Positions 1 through 8,491 of a DNA stretch of 64,000 bases are shown one piece after another (position 1 is the stretch's first letter; every line of letters begins with the position of its first letter). The notes under the pieces are model-generated. The model had not been told where the DNA came from. It worked only from the letters and a program-made list of their open reading frames with translations, and did not search any database. The DNA lies in assembly GCA_018992685.1 (NCBI GenBank), contig JACVGT010000011.1, positions 1-64,000 of the forward strand, written 5' to 3'. The DNA is from Theionarchaea archaeon (GTDB taxonomy: Archaea > Methanobacteriota_B > Thermococci > Methanofastidiosales > SZ-28-30). Both the position numbers and the translations under genes were made by a program.

Positions 1-6
1 ATTCTC

Positions 7-708
7 ATGAGAAAAGGACTCTCACCAATCATTGCTACCATGCTTCTCATAGCAATAGCTGTTGCTGTGGGCTCGGTTGTTTCTATATATGTAACGGGTC
101 ATGCATCAGATTATATGAACAAAGAAGGGCAGCGGAGAGAACGGATCTTGGATAAGGAGGGAGAATCACTGGAGCTGGTCCATGTGGAATCGGCAGGCGG
201 AAACGTTACTGTCACTGTTCAAAATAATGGAACAACGGACGTGGAAGTCACGTATATCACCCTGAATGAGACAGAATACAGTCAACTTTCTCCTTCCACC
301 ATGATCGATTATGGTGAATCTCAGGATATCACAGTTGCCTTTGCTGGTTCTGTTGTTTCAGTGGAACTTGGCAGCAGGCTGGGAAATGTTTTTGTCTTCA
401 ATGCACCCTCTCCACGAATCGAGATTATTAATTCCTTTTTCAATGCAGATAATAAATTGGTTACCTTCTCCGGCGAAGGATCAACAGACGACGGTAGGAT
501 TGTCCAGTGGACCTGGTGTTTCAGGTGGGATGAATCATCAGGGACATGTCTGGGTGGTTGTGACGGATCTGCATTCGCATCAGGATATGGAGAAGTGACC
601 AGTTATTCATATATCGGGTGTAGTGCAGGAACCTATGCTGTGAAGTTGACGGTGACAGATGACACAGGAATGACAGGTGAGGTCCTTGTTTATGTCAATA
701 TCCCATGA
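7..708 (+). CDS. Archaeal type IV pilin-like protein with C-terminal PKD-like domain
   Basis: Class III signal peptide MRKG|LSPIIATMLLIAIAV. The C-terminus has the PKD-like pattern FSGEGSTDDGRIVQWTW...GTYAVKLTVTDD. Confidence 0.8.
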   Translation: MRKGLSPIIATMLLIAIAVAVGSVVSIYVTGHASDYMNKEGQRRERILDKEGESLELVHVESAGGNVTVTVQNNGTTDVEVTYITLNETEYSQLSPSTMIDYGESQDITVAFAGSVVSVELGSRLGNVFVFNAPSPRIEIINSFFNADNKLVTFSGEGSTDDGRIVQWTWCFRWDESSGTCLGGCDGSAFASGYGEVTSYSYIGCSAGTYAVKLTVTDDTGMTGEVLVYVNIP

Positions 709-720
709 GGTGAAGAAAGT

Positions 721-2610
721 ATGACCATGTCGTGGAAAAAACTGGTTAACAGAAAGGGAGTTTCTCCGGTGATCAGTTTTGTACTTATCATTGCAATATT
801 GTTATCAGTGTTCTCTCTGCTTTTCATGTGGAACCTCAGCCAGGAAGAGCTGAAGACACAAAGAGAGAGGGAAAGGATTCAACAGTTGAAACTGGTGGAG
901 GGTGAATCACTGGCTTTTCTGACTATTCCGTCGGGTTCTGATCCTTTTACCGTCTACAATAATGGAACGGTGGCCCCCGATATCCGGCATGTGTATGTGG
1001 ATGGCAGTGAGATAACAGGGTTTACAGTGGCTCAGGATACAGACAATCCAAGGAAATGGTTGATTTCTACCGGCAGCACCGTGACGACGTCAGCAAAGAT
1101 CGAGACGAGTTTGGGAAACATCTATTCGTACGCTGGACCCACTGCGGTGATTGATCTGCTGTCCTGGAGTGACCTCGATACCAAGGTCATTCTTGTTCTT
1201 GACGGGTCAAAGTCCAATGCTGTGGGAGCATCGATTTCCAGGTGGAACTGGACGTATTCGGAGGGTGGAACAGCCAGTGGGGCTCGAGTCCAGATAGAGG
1301 TCGACAAGCCTCCAGAAGGGAGCAGTGCCTCCCAGGTAATCATCACACTCACTGTTACTGACAGCACCGATATTTCGAATTCGCCCGCTGCCCGCACAGC
1401 AAGTACCTCAATTACCTTGAGCATTCCTCCTGAAGGAGAGACGAGTGGTGAAGGGGAAACTGGGTTTGGAGGAGAAGGTGCTCCCGGTGGCATTTTCATA
1501 TCACTGGGAGGGACTGGTGGAGGTACATCGGTCGCAGAAGGCCGTGTGATTGCTTTTAATATCAAGAATTTTTCAGGAAGAATGATTCCTTTGACTTCAT
1601 TAAGATTCTATGGCGTCAAGAATCCCTCGAATTATACAGTAGACCAGGTTTTCATTGCACCCCCTGGGGTGGAAATGACTGCAGACGATATGTACTACTT
1701 CGGGGTGACAATTGGAGATGGCGGAATCGCACAGTTCTCAAAGCCGTATTATATCGGAGACAGGGATGAAGCGCATATTGAGCTAAGAGCGAGCAGCGGT
1801 GCCAGACCCCAGGAAGGTCACATTTTCATGATCATTATGTATGATGCTTCTACTCCACAGAGCTACTATGTGGTGACGGTTCCCATCAGAACGGCAGATT
1901 ACACAGATGATGTTGAATTCGTGGTGACCGATACGTTTCATGTGACTGGTGATGGATTCATTCTGCAGGGAAAGTCACTTGATCTCAATAACAGACTGCT
2001 GATGTCAGTTGGAGTGGCCTTTTCCACACCGGCAAATTCAGGTGATCCCTGTGAAGACAGAATGCTTGAATTCAATGTGGCCGGGATTGCGTACTGGAAT
2101 GGCTCAATAGCTTCTGGGTCCACCATTTACCTGGGAACGGATACTGATGGGGACGGACAGGCTGACACAGGTGTAACATGGGATAATTCGCGTACGGTGC
2201 AGTTCGAATTCAACTTCAATGATGTTGCTCAGCGATTCTTCTATTTTGTCTATCGATTCGAAGATGGTACTTCAATCGCTCACAAAGTGCCGCGATTCAC
2301 TACTTCCCTGGCCGTAGGAGAAACAGAACGCAAAGAAATCAGCTCATCGACAGGTGGATCTGCCAGCTGGCTCATCGACATTGTTCAAATCGATGCACTG
2401 AACACACCATTGAACCTGAATGTGACCGGACTACCCTGTTTCTGTACTGCAACGTTCGTTCCGGGATCTCCTGTCAGCATGCCCAACACGGTGACCATGA
2501 CCATAGAAGTGTTGCCTGGTGCCCCCACGGGGTTGTACCCCCTCGTGATAACAGGAAACAACAATAACTGGGCAGACTCGTGCGTGGCGTTCTTGTACAT
2601 AGGAGCATGA
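721..2610 (+). CDS. Large pilin-like adhesin (class III signal peptide, PKD/Ig-like domains)
   Basis: NRKG|VSPVISFVLIIAILL, PKD-like LDGSKS...WNW...LTVTD, a Gly-rich linker, and RBS gaggtga upstream. Confidence 0.75.
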   Translation: MTMSWKKLVNRKGVSPVISFVLIIAILLSVFSLLFMWNLSQEELKTQRERERIQQLKLVEGESLAFLTIPSGSDPFTVYNNGTVAPDIRHVYVDGSEITGFTVAQDTDNPRKWLISTGSTVTTSAKIETSLGNIYSYAGPTAVIDLLSWSDLDTKVILVLDGSKSNAVGASISRWNWTYSEGGTASGARVQIEVDKPPEGSSASQVIITLTVTDSTDISNSPAARTASTSITLSIPPEGETSGEGETGFGGEGAPGGIFISLGGTGGGTSVAEGRVIAFNIKNFSGRMIPLTSLRFYGVKNPSNYTVDQVFIAPPGVEMTADDMYYFGVTIGDGGIAQFSKPYYIGDRDEAHIELRASSGARPQEGHIFMIIMYDASTPQSYYVVTVPIRTADYTDDVEFVVTDTFHVTGDGFILQGKSLDLNNRLLMSVGVAFSTPANSGDPCEDRMLEFNVAGIAYWNGSIASGSTIYLGTDTDGDGQADTGVTWDNSRTVQFEFNFNDVAQRFFYFVYRFEDGTSIAHKVPRFTTSLAVGETERKEISSSTGGSASWLIDIVQIDALNTPLNLNVTGLPCFCTATFVPGSPVSMPNTVTMTIEVLPGAPTGLYPLVITGNNNNWADSCVAFLYIGA

Positions 2611-2621
2611 GGAGAGTGACC

Positions 2622-4298
2622 ATGAGAAGAGCTGTGGCACTTGCAATGATTGGGTTCTTTCTTTTTTTTTCTTATCCAATCCTTAGCTGGTACGGACCTT
2701 ACATCGGGTTCGGGTCTGGCAGCGATGCTACTCATTGTCTGGTGCTGGGAGATGTAGACAAGGATGGTCTCGTGGACATTGTGGCAGGAAACTACGGAAC
2801 GCAGAATTTTGTGTACTACGGAAATGGCGACGGCACCTTTACGAGTAGTCACGCTTTTGGAACAGGGACTGACCTAACTCAAGAGGTTATCCTGTGTGAT
2901 GTAAATGGTGACAGCTGGCTGGACATTGTGGTGGGAAACAATCAGCAGCAAAACTACATATACCTTAATGATTTGGATGGGACTTTTGATACCACAGCAT
3001 ACCCATTCGGGACAGGATCAGACAACACCTATGCCATTGCATGCGGACTCGTCAACGGCGATGGATGGGTAGACCTTGTGTTGGGGAACCTTGGCCAGCA
3101 GAACTACGTCTACCTCAGTGACGGAACAGGCAATCCTTTTGATACCATTGTTCCCATTGCTTTTGGTCAGGGAGAGCCATTTTACAGCAGGACATGGGAC
3201 GTGGTGCTTGGAGACATGAACAACGATGGTGATCTGGATGTGGTGGTTGCCAATCACCAGCAATACAACTTTATATATTTGGGAGACGGAACAGGCAGCT
3301 TTGCCACGGGATATGGATTTGGAAGTCAGGAGGAGTTTACTCATTCTCTGGCTGTTGAGTTTATCAACAGCGATTCCTTTCTGGACGTAGTGGAAGGAAA
3401 CTATGATGGACAGAACAGGGTGTATTTGGGAGACGGAACAGGCAACGTAGGGACATCGTTCAATTTTGGTCCCGTGGATGACAGGACTCAAATAGTAACT
3501 CTGACAGATATTGATGGGGATACACACCTTGATGTACTGGTGGGAAATGGAGGAGATACACCTTTCCAGAACAGGGTCTATATAGGAGTGGGGGATGGTA
3601 CGTTCAGTGCCTCATACAATGTGGGCAGTCCTGATACGACGTGGGATGCGGCTTTTGGAGAGTTCAATGGTGATGGGCTTATTGACATCGCGGTGGCAAA
3701 TGAAGGACAGAACAAGATTTTCCTTAATTCCGAAACTACGATGGATAATCTAGCCAGTCTTTTTGACATTAATACATTCTTTGTAGCAGGAGATGCCGCT
3801 TACTGTACAGATGTTTTGGGTTCCTCAAAGATTGCCTTTGGATTGGGAAGAGGTGGTGCATCTCAGAATCCAGAGGGGAGAACAGATCTCATTCTGACTC
3901 AGACGGAACATGACGCCGGGAACCTGATCATTGTGGGAGGCCCAGCAGTCAATCCTCTGGCTACCGAATTTGATAGCATTTTTGGGATTACGTACACCTT
4001 TGTGGAAAATGTGAGTTTTGAGATTCAGTGCGAAGGATACACCATATTCCTGGATATCGCCAATGACTATCCTCAGGAAGACATTTGCATTGTGTACATA
4101 GGAGAGCACAACGGAAGGAACATCATGCTGGTATGGGGATACGGGTGGTTTGGCACGTACGCAGGATCAGCTTATATTGGTGAAATCAGTAACTGGGCTG
4201 TGGAGCAGGGGTTTCACATGCTCATGATCAGGTGGAATGATCTTAATATGGATGGACTCATTCAATCTGGCGAAATAACAGTGCAGGACCGGAATTGA
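2622..4298 (+). CDS. Secreted FG-GAP/VCBS-repeat beta-propeller protein with S-layer-like C-terminal domain
   Basis: About 7 repeats of GD(V/M)NxDGxxD(I/L)VxGN. Signal peptide MRRAVALAMIG. C-terminal IIVGGPAVNPL. Start moved to ATG 2622, after ggagag. Confidence 0.8.
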   Translation: MRRAVALAMIGFFLFFSYPILSWYGPYIGFGSGSDATHCLVLGDVDKDGLVDIVAGNYGTQNFVYYGNGDGTFTSSHAFGTGTDLTQEVILCDVNGDSWLDIVVGNNQQQNYIYLNDLDGTFDTTAYPFGTGSDNTYAIACGLVNGDGWVDLVLGNLGQQNYVYLSDGTGNPFDTIVPIAFGQGEPFYSRTWDVVLGDMNNDGDLDVVVANHQQYNFIYLGDGTGSFATGYGFGSQEEFTHSLAVEFINSDSFLDVVEGNYDGQNRVYLGDGTGNVGTSFNFGPVDDRTQIVTLTDIDGDTHLDVLVGNGGDTPFQNRVYIGVGDGTFSASYNVGSPDTTWDAAFGEFNGDGLIDIAVANEGQNKIFLNSETTMDNLASLFDINTFFVAGDAAYCTDVLGSSKIAFGLGRGGASQNPEGRTDLILTQTEHDAGNLIIVGGPAVNPLATEFDSIFGITYTFVENVSFEIQCEGYTIFLDIANDYPQEDICIVYIGEHNGRNIMLVWGYGWFGTYAGSAYIGEISNWAVEQGFHMLMIRWNDLNMDGLIQSGEITVQDRN

Positions 4299-4385
4299 TC
4301 GTTGTCCCTGCGTCGTGTGAGACGGCCTGTGCAGGACTCACTTGGTAGGCTCATACCTTCGTGTCGTTGCTTCACTTCGAGAGAA

Positions 4386-5006
4386 TCAAAGGAGATTCAG
4401 GATATCTTTCAGGCTGTTCAAGACGAAATCAGACGTTTTCATGATAGTCTCATCCCTCGGGTTGTAGGCCAGTCTAAGACCCACTAGTTTAAACAATGAC
4501 ACATCTGGAGCTGCATCTCCCACTGCTGCAAACTCACGAGGAGGAATGGACAGTCTTTGTGACAACCTGCTGATCACCACGTCTTTTTTGTGCGGTTCTA
4601 CATGCATGACTCCCTTCAGCTGTCCGTTCACACAAATCAGATCATTCGCGTGCACCAGTGATGGGTCGATTCCCAGTTGTTGGCCTATCATGTGGGCCAG
4701 AATACTGACTCCCGAGGAAATGATGCAGGGGATTATGTTTCTATCTTTCAGAGCAGCAACAACCATCCCTGCGTGTGGTTCCAAGGTGAAGGCAGAAAGC
4801 CCCCGGTAAACATCTGCAAGAGTCGGAGAATTCCACAGTGAAATATCACGTTCCATCCAGGTTTCGTAGTTGATGTAATTGCTGAAATAGGCATTCCTAT
4901 GGTCCATGATCTTCTCTCTATCTGCCTGGAAATATGTATGAAGCAGTTCCCAGGAGGATTCCGAGATGAGCGTGCCGTCCATGTCAAATGCTACTACACG
5001 TATCAC
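4386..5006 (-). CDS. HAD-superfamily phosphatase (phosphoserine phosphatase-like)
   Basis: Motifs FDMDGTL, ISSG, K and GDAAPD. Start moved to GTG 5006, just after the upstream gene's stop. Confidence 0.8.
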   Translation of the reverse strand: MIRVVAFDMDGTLISESSWELLHTYFQADREKIMDHRNAYFSNYINYETWMERDISLWNSPTLADVYRGLSAFTLEPHAGMVVAALKDRNIIPCIISSGVSILAHMIGQQLGIDPSLVHANDLICVNGQLKGVMHVEPHKKDVVISRLSQRLSIPPREFAAVGDAAPDVSLFKLVGLRLAYNPRDETIMKTSDFVLNSLKDILNLL

Positions 5007-5010
5007 GACG

Positions 5011-5901
5011 TCAACCCCTTCCAGTATCAGTGCTTTGACCAACCTCCACGTCCATGAGTGATAGTTTTCCATCCCCTGATAGATAGGCAATCTTTGCCCT
5101 GTTACCCATTTCATAGTCAGGGCTTGAGAAAATGCTCAGCAGTCTGTCATCGAAAAAGTATTTGTACCCCTCACTGAAGACTTCGTGTCCTCTCACTACT
5201 CCATCAACATGGTGGGTTTCCAGGAAGTCAGTGAACACTTTTTCTCCGTATGTGTAGTGAATTCCCCTCGCCCAGTTAAATTCAAACCCGGGATGACGTT
5301 CAGAAGGATCATTCCACAATATCTGTCCCAAGATCATGGTGTCTACGTTCAAATCCCCTTTTTTGAGGTCAGCAATCTCCTGTAGCCTGGATATTCCTTT
5401 CGGTATCCCCCCATGGAGCAGGAGAATTCGCTTAAACAGGAGGGCAGGTGAAAAGTACGAGAAGAGAACATTATACTCGTTGTACATCTTTTTGGCCTGC
5501 AGTTGGAATCGTTCCCTACATGCCGAAGAAAATCCATAATATGAATTGACAGAGGGCGTTTCATGGTTTCCTCTCAGCAAAAACACTCTATCCGGAAACA
5601 ACACTTTCATTGCCAAGACGAAATTGATGGTTTCAAGTTGCTGCGATCCCCTGTCCACATAATCACCGAGAAATATGATGTTTGCAGCCTTTTTCTTTTT
5701 CCATACGCGATATATGTATTTTAATGCCTCGAAATCCCCGTGAAGATCTCCTACGACATACGAAGGCCCTGCTTCCACCTTAATGAGGGAAGGCTCATTT
5801 TCTACCAGAGGTCTCACCTTCTGAATGAGTTCTCTCATCTGAGGCACAGTGGTAGTCATGAAACTATCTGGCTCTGCCACAGTGTGCGCTGCAACACTCA
5901 T
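5011..5901 (-). CDS. PPP-family serine/threonine protein phosphatase
   Basis: GDLHG, GDYVDRG, LRGNHE, HGG, LWNDP, RGHE and SIFSSPDY. Confidence 0.92.
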   Translation of the reverse strand: MSVAAHTVAEPDSFMTTTVPQMRELIQKVRPLVENEPSLIKVEAGPSYVVGDLHGDFEALKYIYRVWKKKKAANIIFLGDYVDRGSQQLETINFVLAMKVLFPDRVFLLRGNHETPSVNSYYGFSSACRERFQLQAKKMYNEYNVLFSYFSPALLFKRILLLHGGIPKGISRLQEIADLKKGDLNVDTMILGQILWNDPSERHPGFEFNWARGIHYTYGEKVFTDFLETHHVDGVVRGHEVFSEGYKYFFDDRLLSIFSSPDYEMGNRAKIAYLSGDGKLSLMDVEVGQSTDTGRG

Positions 5902-5959
5902 TGTTTGACGGACTCATCAGGACTTAAACGTCTTTCTGCTGTCCTCTGCCTGGGCTGCA

Positions 5960-6784
5960 TCAATCGACAATTGATTCCCTGACAGCCATGGCCGCACCGA
6001 TGGCTGTAGCATACTCGCCGTACTTCGGGACAAAGAACTTCATTTCAAACATCTTGCCCCTGTCTTTCATGATGTCCACCAGTTTTTTTACTCGTATGAG
6101 CTTCCCTGTGAGTACAATGTTCCTCTGGTCACAGGAGCGAGCGGCAAACACACTCAACACAAGCAGGGTTTCTGCAATCAAATTGATTATGGCCAGCGCT
6201 CTATCTGAATCGGAAGAGTCTTCACTGAACTTACCAAAATTGGAGGCAGTAGCGTCTGTGGGGAGCGCACCCACTGGGCCTCCTGCTATGTCTCCCACCG
6301 TCAAGTCCACATTCCTCAGATTCCCTTTGTCGGCCAAAGTTTCCAGAGTTCTGAGCGTGTTGATGTTCAGCATGTGTTTGGCAAGTCCCATGAGGCATCC
6401 TCCTCCCACTCCAGTTCCCCCCACGTGGGTGATCTTCGTGTCCTTCACTGATACAAAAGGCGTTCCTGTCCCCATGGAAACCACCAGTGCCTCGTCCAGA
6501 CCAGCCAGAGTTCTTCCACCAATGCCAATTGCTGAAATCTCATCAATCTTCTTGAGGGGAATGCCCAGGATTGCATTGTCAAGAGAAGCGGCGCCTCCTC
6601 CAGTAGCCACAATCGTCTCAATGTCTGAGAGCGTGGAGCCCAGTGTGGTAATCAGTTTACCCAGTGCACCCGATGCGGCCGCCACTGGATCTGATGCTGT
6701 GATGCTGATCACACGTATCACGTTCTTCCCCTTGATAGCGACTGCATCTGTGGTGGTTCCTCCGATATCGATTCCTACGATCAT
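5960..6784 (-). CDS. Type II (Fumble/ASKHA-fold) pantothenate kinase-like protein
   Basis: IGIDIGGTTT, SMGTGT, GGTGVGGG, VDLTVGDI, ASNFGK and YATAIGA. Confidence 0.8.
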   Translation of the reverse strand: MIVGIDIGGTTTDAVAIKGKNVIRVISITASDPVAAASGALGKLITTLGSTLSDIETIVATGGGAASLDNAILGIPLKKIDEISAIGIGGRTLAGLDEALVVSMGTGTPFVSVKDTKITHVGGTGVGGGCLMGLAKHMLNINTLRTLETLADKGNLRNVDLTVGDIAGGPVGALPTDATASNFGKFSEDSSDSDRALAIINLIAETLLVLSVFAARSCDQRNIVLTGKLIRVKKLVDIMKDRGKMFEMKFFVPKYGEYATAIGAAMAVRESIVD

Positions 6785-6983
6785 TGTGCTTTTCTCTTCA
6801 GTTCCCTATATAAAGGTAACCATACTACTTCTTGAGCAACACCATGGACTGATTCTGTTCGAGAGAAAAGAGTCTCGTCTGATTTTTGTGATTTTTTTTA
6901 GTTATGAGGACATGTTGTACAAATCCTGTACCCTGTAGAGAGCTCACAGATTGCTGAACATATCCACCTGGACAAAGATCATA

Positions 6984-7424
6984 TCAGCTGCTTTTCAGTG
7001 ATTTTCGTATTCTCGTGGAAGATATTATGCCTTCCTCATCTCTCAGTAGAGGAATTTCAATAATCTGCAGTTCTCTCCATCCTTTTTCTCTTCTTATTCT
7101 GTTGATCTCTTCTGCGTTCTTTCGTACTTCTGGTGTAACTATGATAGCATCAATGTCTTCAATATCATCTGCAAATCCAATCTTCTCCCTGATTTTCTTT
7201 ATAATGTAATCTGTCCCATAGGAATACCCAAGGCTGGCGAGATATTCTTTCAGGTCTTTCTTTCGTTTTTCATACCTGTAAATTTTCTCAGCATGGGGTT
7301 TGTGAATGATCATGTCATCTGAGCATAACCCGATGAATACATATCCTCTCTCGAAGGCTTCCTTCAGAAAGTAGTGATGGCCCTGGTGAAGATGATCAAA
7401 AGTACCAGATGCAATGATTTTCAT
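6984..7424 (-). CDS. coaD: Phosphopantetheine adenylyltransferase (archaeal/eukaryotic type)
   Basis: GTFDHLHQGH (HxGH), IIVTPE, INRIR and ISSTRIR. Confidence 0.8.
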   Translation of the reverse strand: MKIIASGTFDHLHQGHHYFLKEAFERGYVFIGLCSDDMIIHKPHAEKIYRYEKRKKDLKEYLASLGYSYGTDYIIKKIREKIGFADDIEDIDAIIVTPEVRKNAEEINRIRREKGWRELQIIEIPLLRDEEGIISSTRIRKSLKSS

Positions 7425-7490
7425 GTAACAGCCAACTCATACGCATACTTAAGCATTTTTGTGCTCCTTCAGTCTGAAAAAGCTTATGCG

Positions 7491-8210
7491 CTACTTGGCC
7501 ACATACAGGACAATTCCCTTCTCTTTCACGATTTCAAAAGGAATATTCTTTAGGGAGTGTGAGGTTCCTCTCATCTTTCTGACACGTAAGAATCGCTTCA
7601 AGTCTGAAACCTCTTCTTCCAGGGACAGTACAACGATGCCCCGGGCCAGGAACTCTTCAATACCATATCTCGACACCAAGAAGGGTTCTAGGCTTTCTGT
7701 GATCATGAGTGATGTCAATCCAATCTCGAGAAGCAGTGCACTGAGTCTGAATAACGCCCCACGGAACTCATTACTTTCTCCAACCCTCAACATGAGAGAA
7801 GGGATAGAGTCAAGGACAAGCCTTCTTGCCCCAATTCTGGTAGCGGCACGATGGATGTCCAGAACCAATGCATCGATTTCGAAATTGCTTCCAATGCGAA
7901 GCTCACTGCCCTCAGGGGCCCCCATCCGTAGAGAAGCTGCATCGATAATCATGAGTTTTCCATTTCGCTGGTGTTCTGAAAGATCCCATCCTAGTCCAAG
8001 CATTTCATCCTGAAGATCACATGTCCGTTCCTCTAACGTGATGAGGATACCGGGTTCATTTTTCTCCACAATCCCCGACTGAAGGAACTGGGTACAGAAG
8101 ATAGTCTTTCCTGTGCCTGAACTGCCGCACACGAGGACAGTGGTTCCCCTTGGGTAACCGCCTCCGATGATGGTATCCAGGCCTGGAATGCCAGTTGTTA
8201 CTCTCTCCAC
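7491..8210 (-). CDS. Single-domain KaiC-like (RAD55/GvpD family) ATPase
   Basis: TGIPGLD, Walker A GSSGTGKT, TLEE, LVLDS and VRKMRGTSH. Confidence 0.9.
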   Translation of the reverse strand: MERVTTGIPGLDTIIGGGYPRGTTVLVCGSSGTGKTIFCTQFLQSGIVEKNEPGILITLEERTCDLQDEMLGLGWDLSEHQRNGKLMIIDAASLRMGAPEGSELRIGSNFEIDALVLDIHRAATRIGARRLVLDSIPSLMLRVGESNEFRGALFRLSALLLEIGLTSLMITESLEPFLVSRYGIEEFLARGIVVLSLEEEVSDLKRFLRVRKMRGTSHSLKNIPFEIVKEKGIVLYVAK

Positions 8211-8491
8211 GGCTCCTGTTGTTTCTTATCCTTTATAAGGTTTGACATCGGACAACTCTCTCTTTGCTTAGTTTTTCAAAACAAAAGTGAGGCCTTATCG
8301 AGAAATAGAGACAATTCATAGAATTTCAGACCACGGCCTGTGTCTCAGACTACGCAGTGGATGTAAATCCCCGGGGCAAGATACTGGAAAACACTCTCTG
8401 TCCCTCTTTCATGTACCTCCATTTTGCAGTGGATCTCTGATCCAGTGTATGCGGGGAAAGCTATATATAACCTACTCGGAAAAAGAAGAGC

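Noticed and set aside
2740-3730. Recurrent DNA words such as tatttgggagacggaacaggca as a CRISPR or tandem array
   Set aside because: They are in-frame coding repeats of FG-GAP blades, with no constant repeat-spacer structure and no cas genes.
5988-6938. 316-aa plus-strand ORF, and similar long antisense ORFs (e.g. 49987-50838, 59104-59928)
   Set aside because: These are antisense shadows of well-supported genes and carry no motifs.
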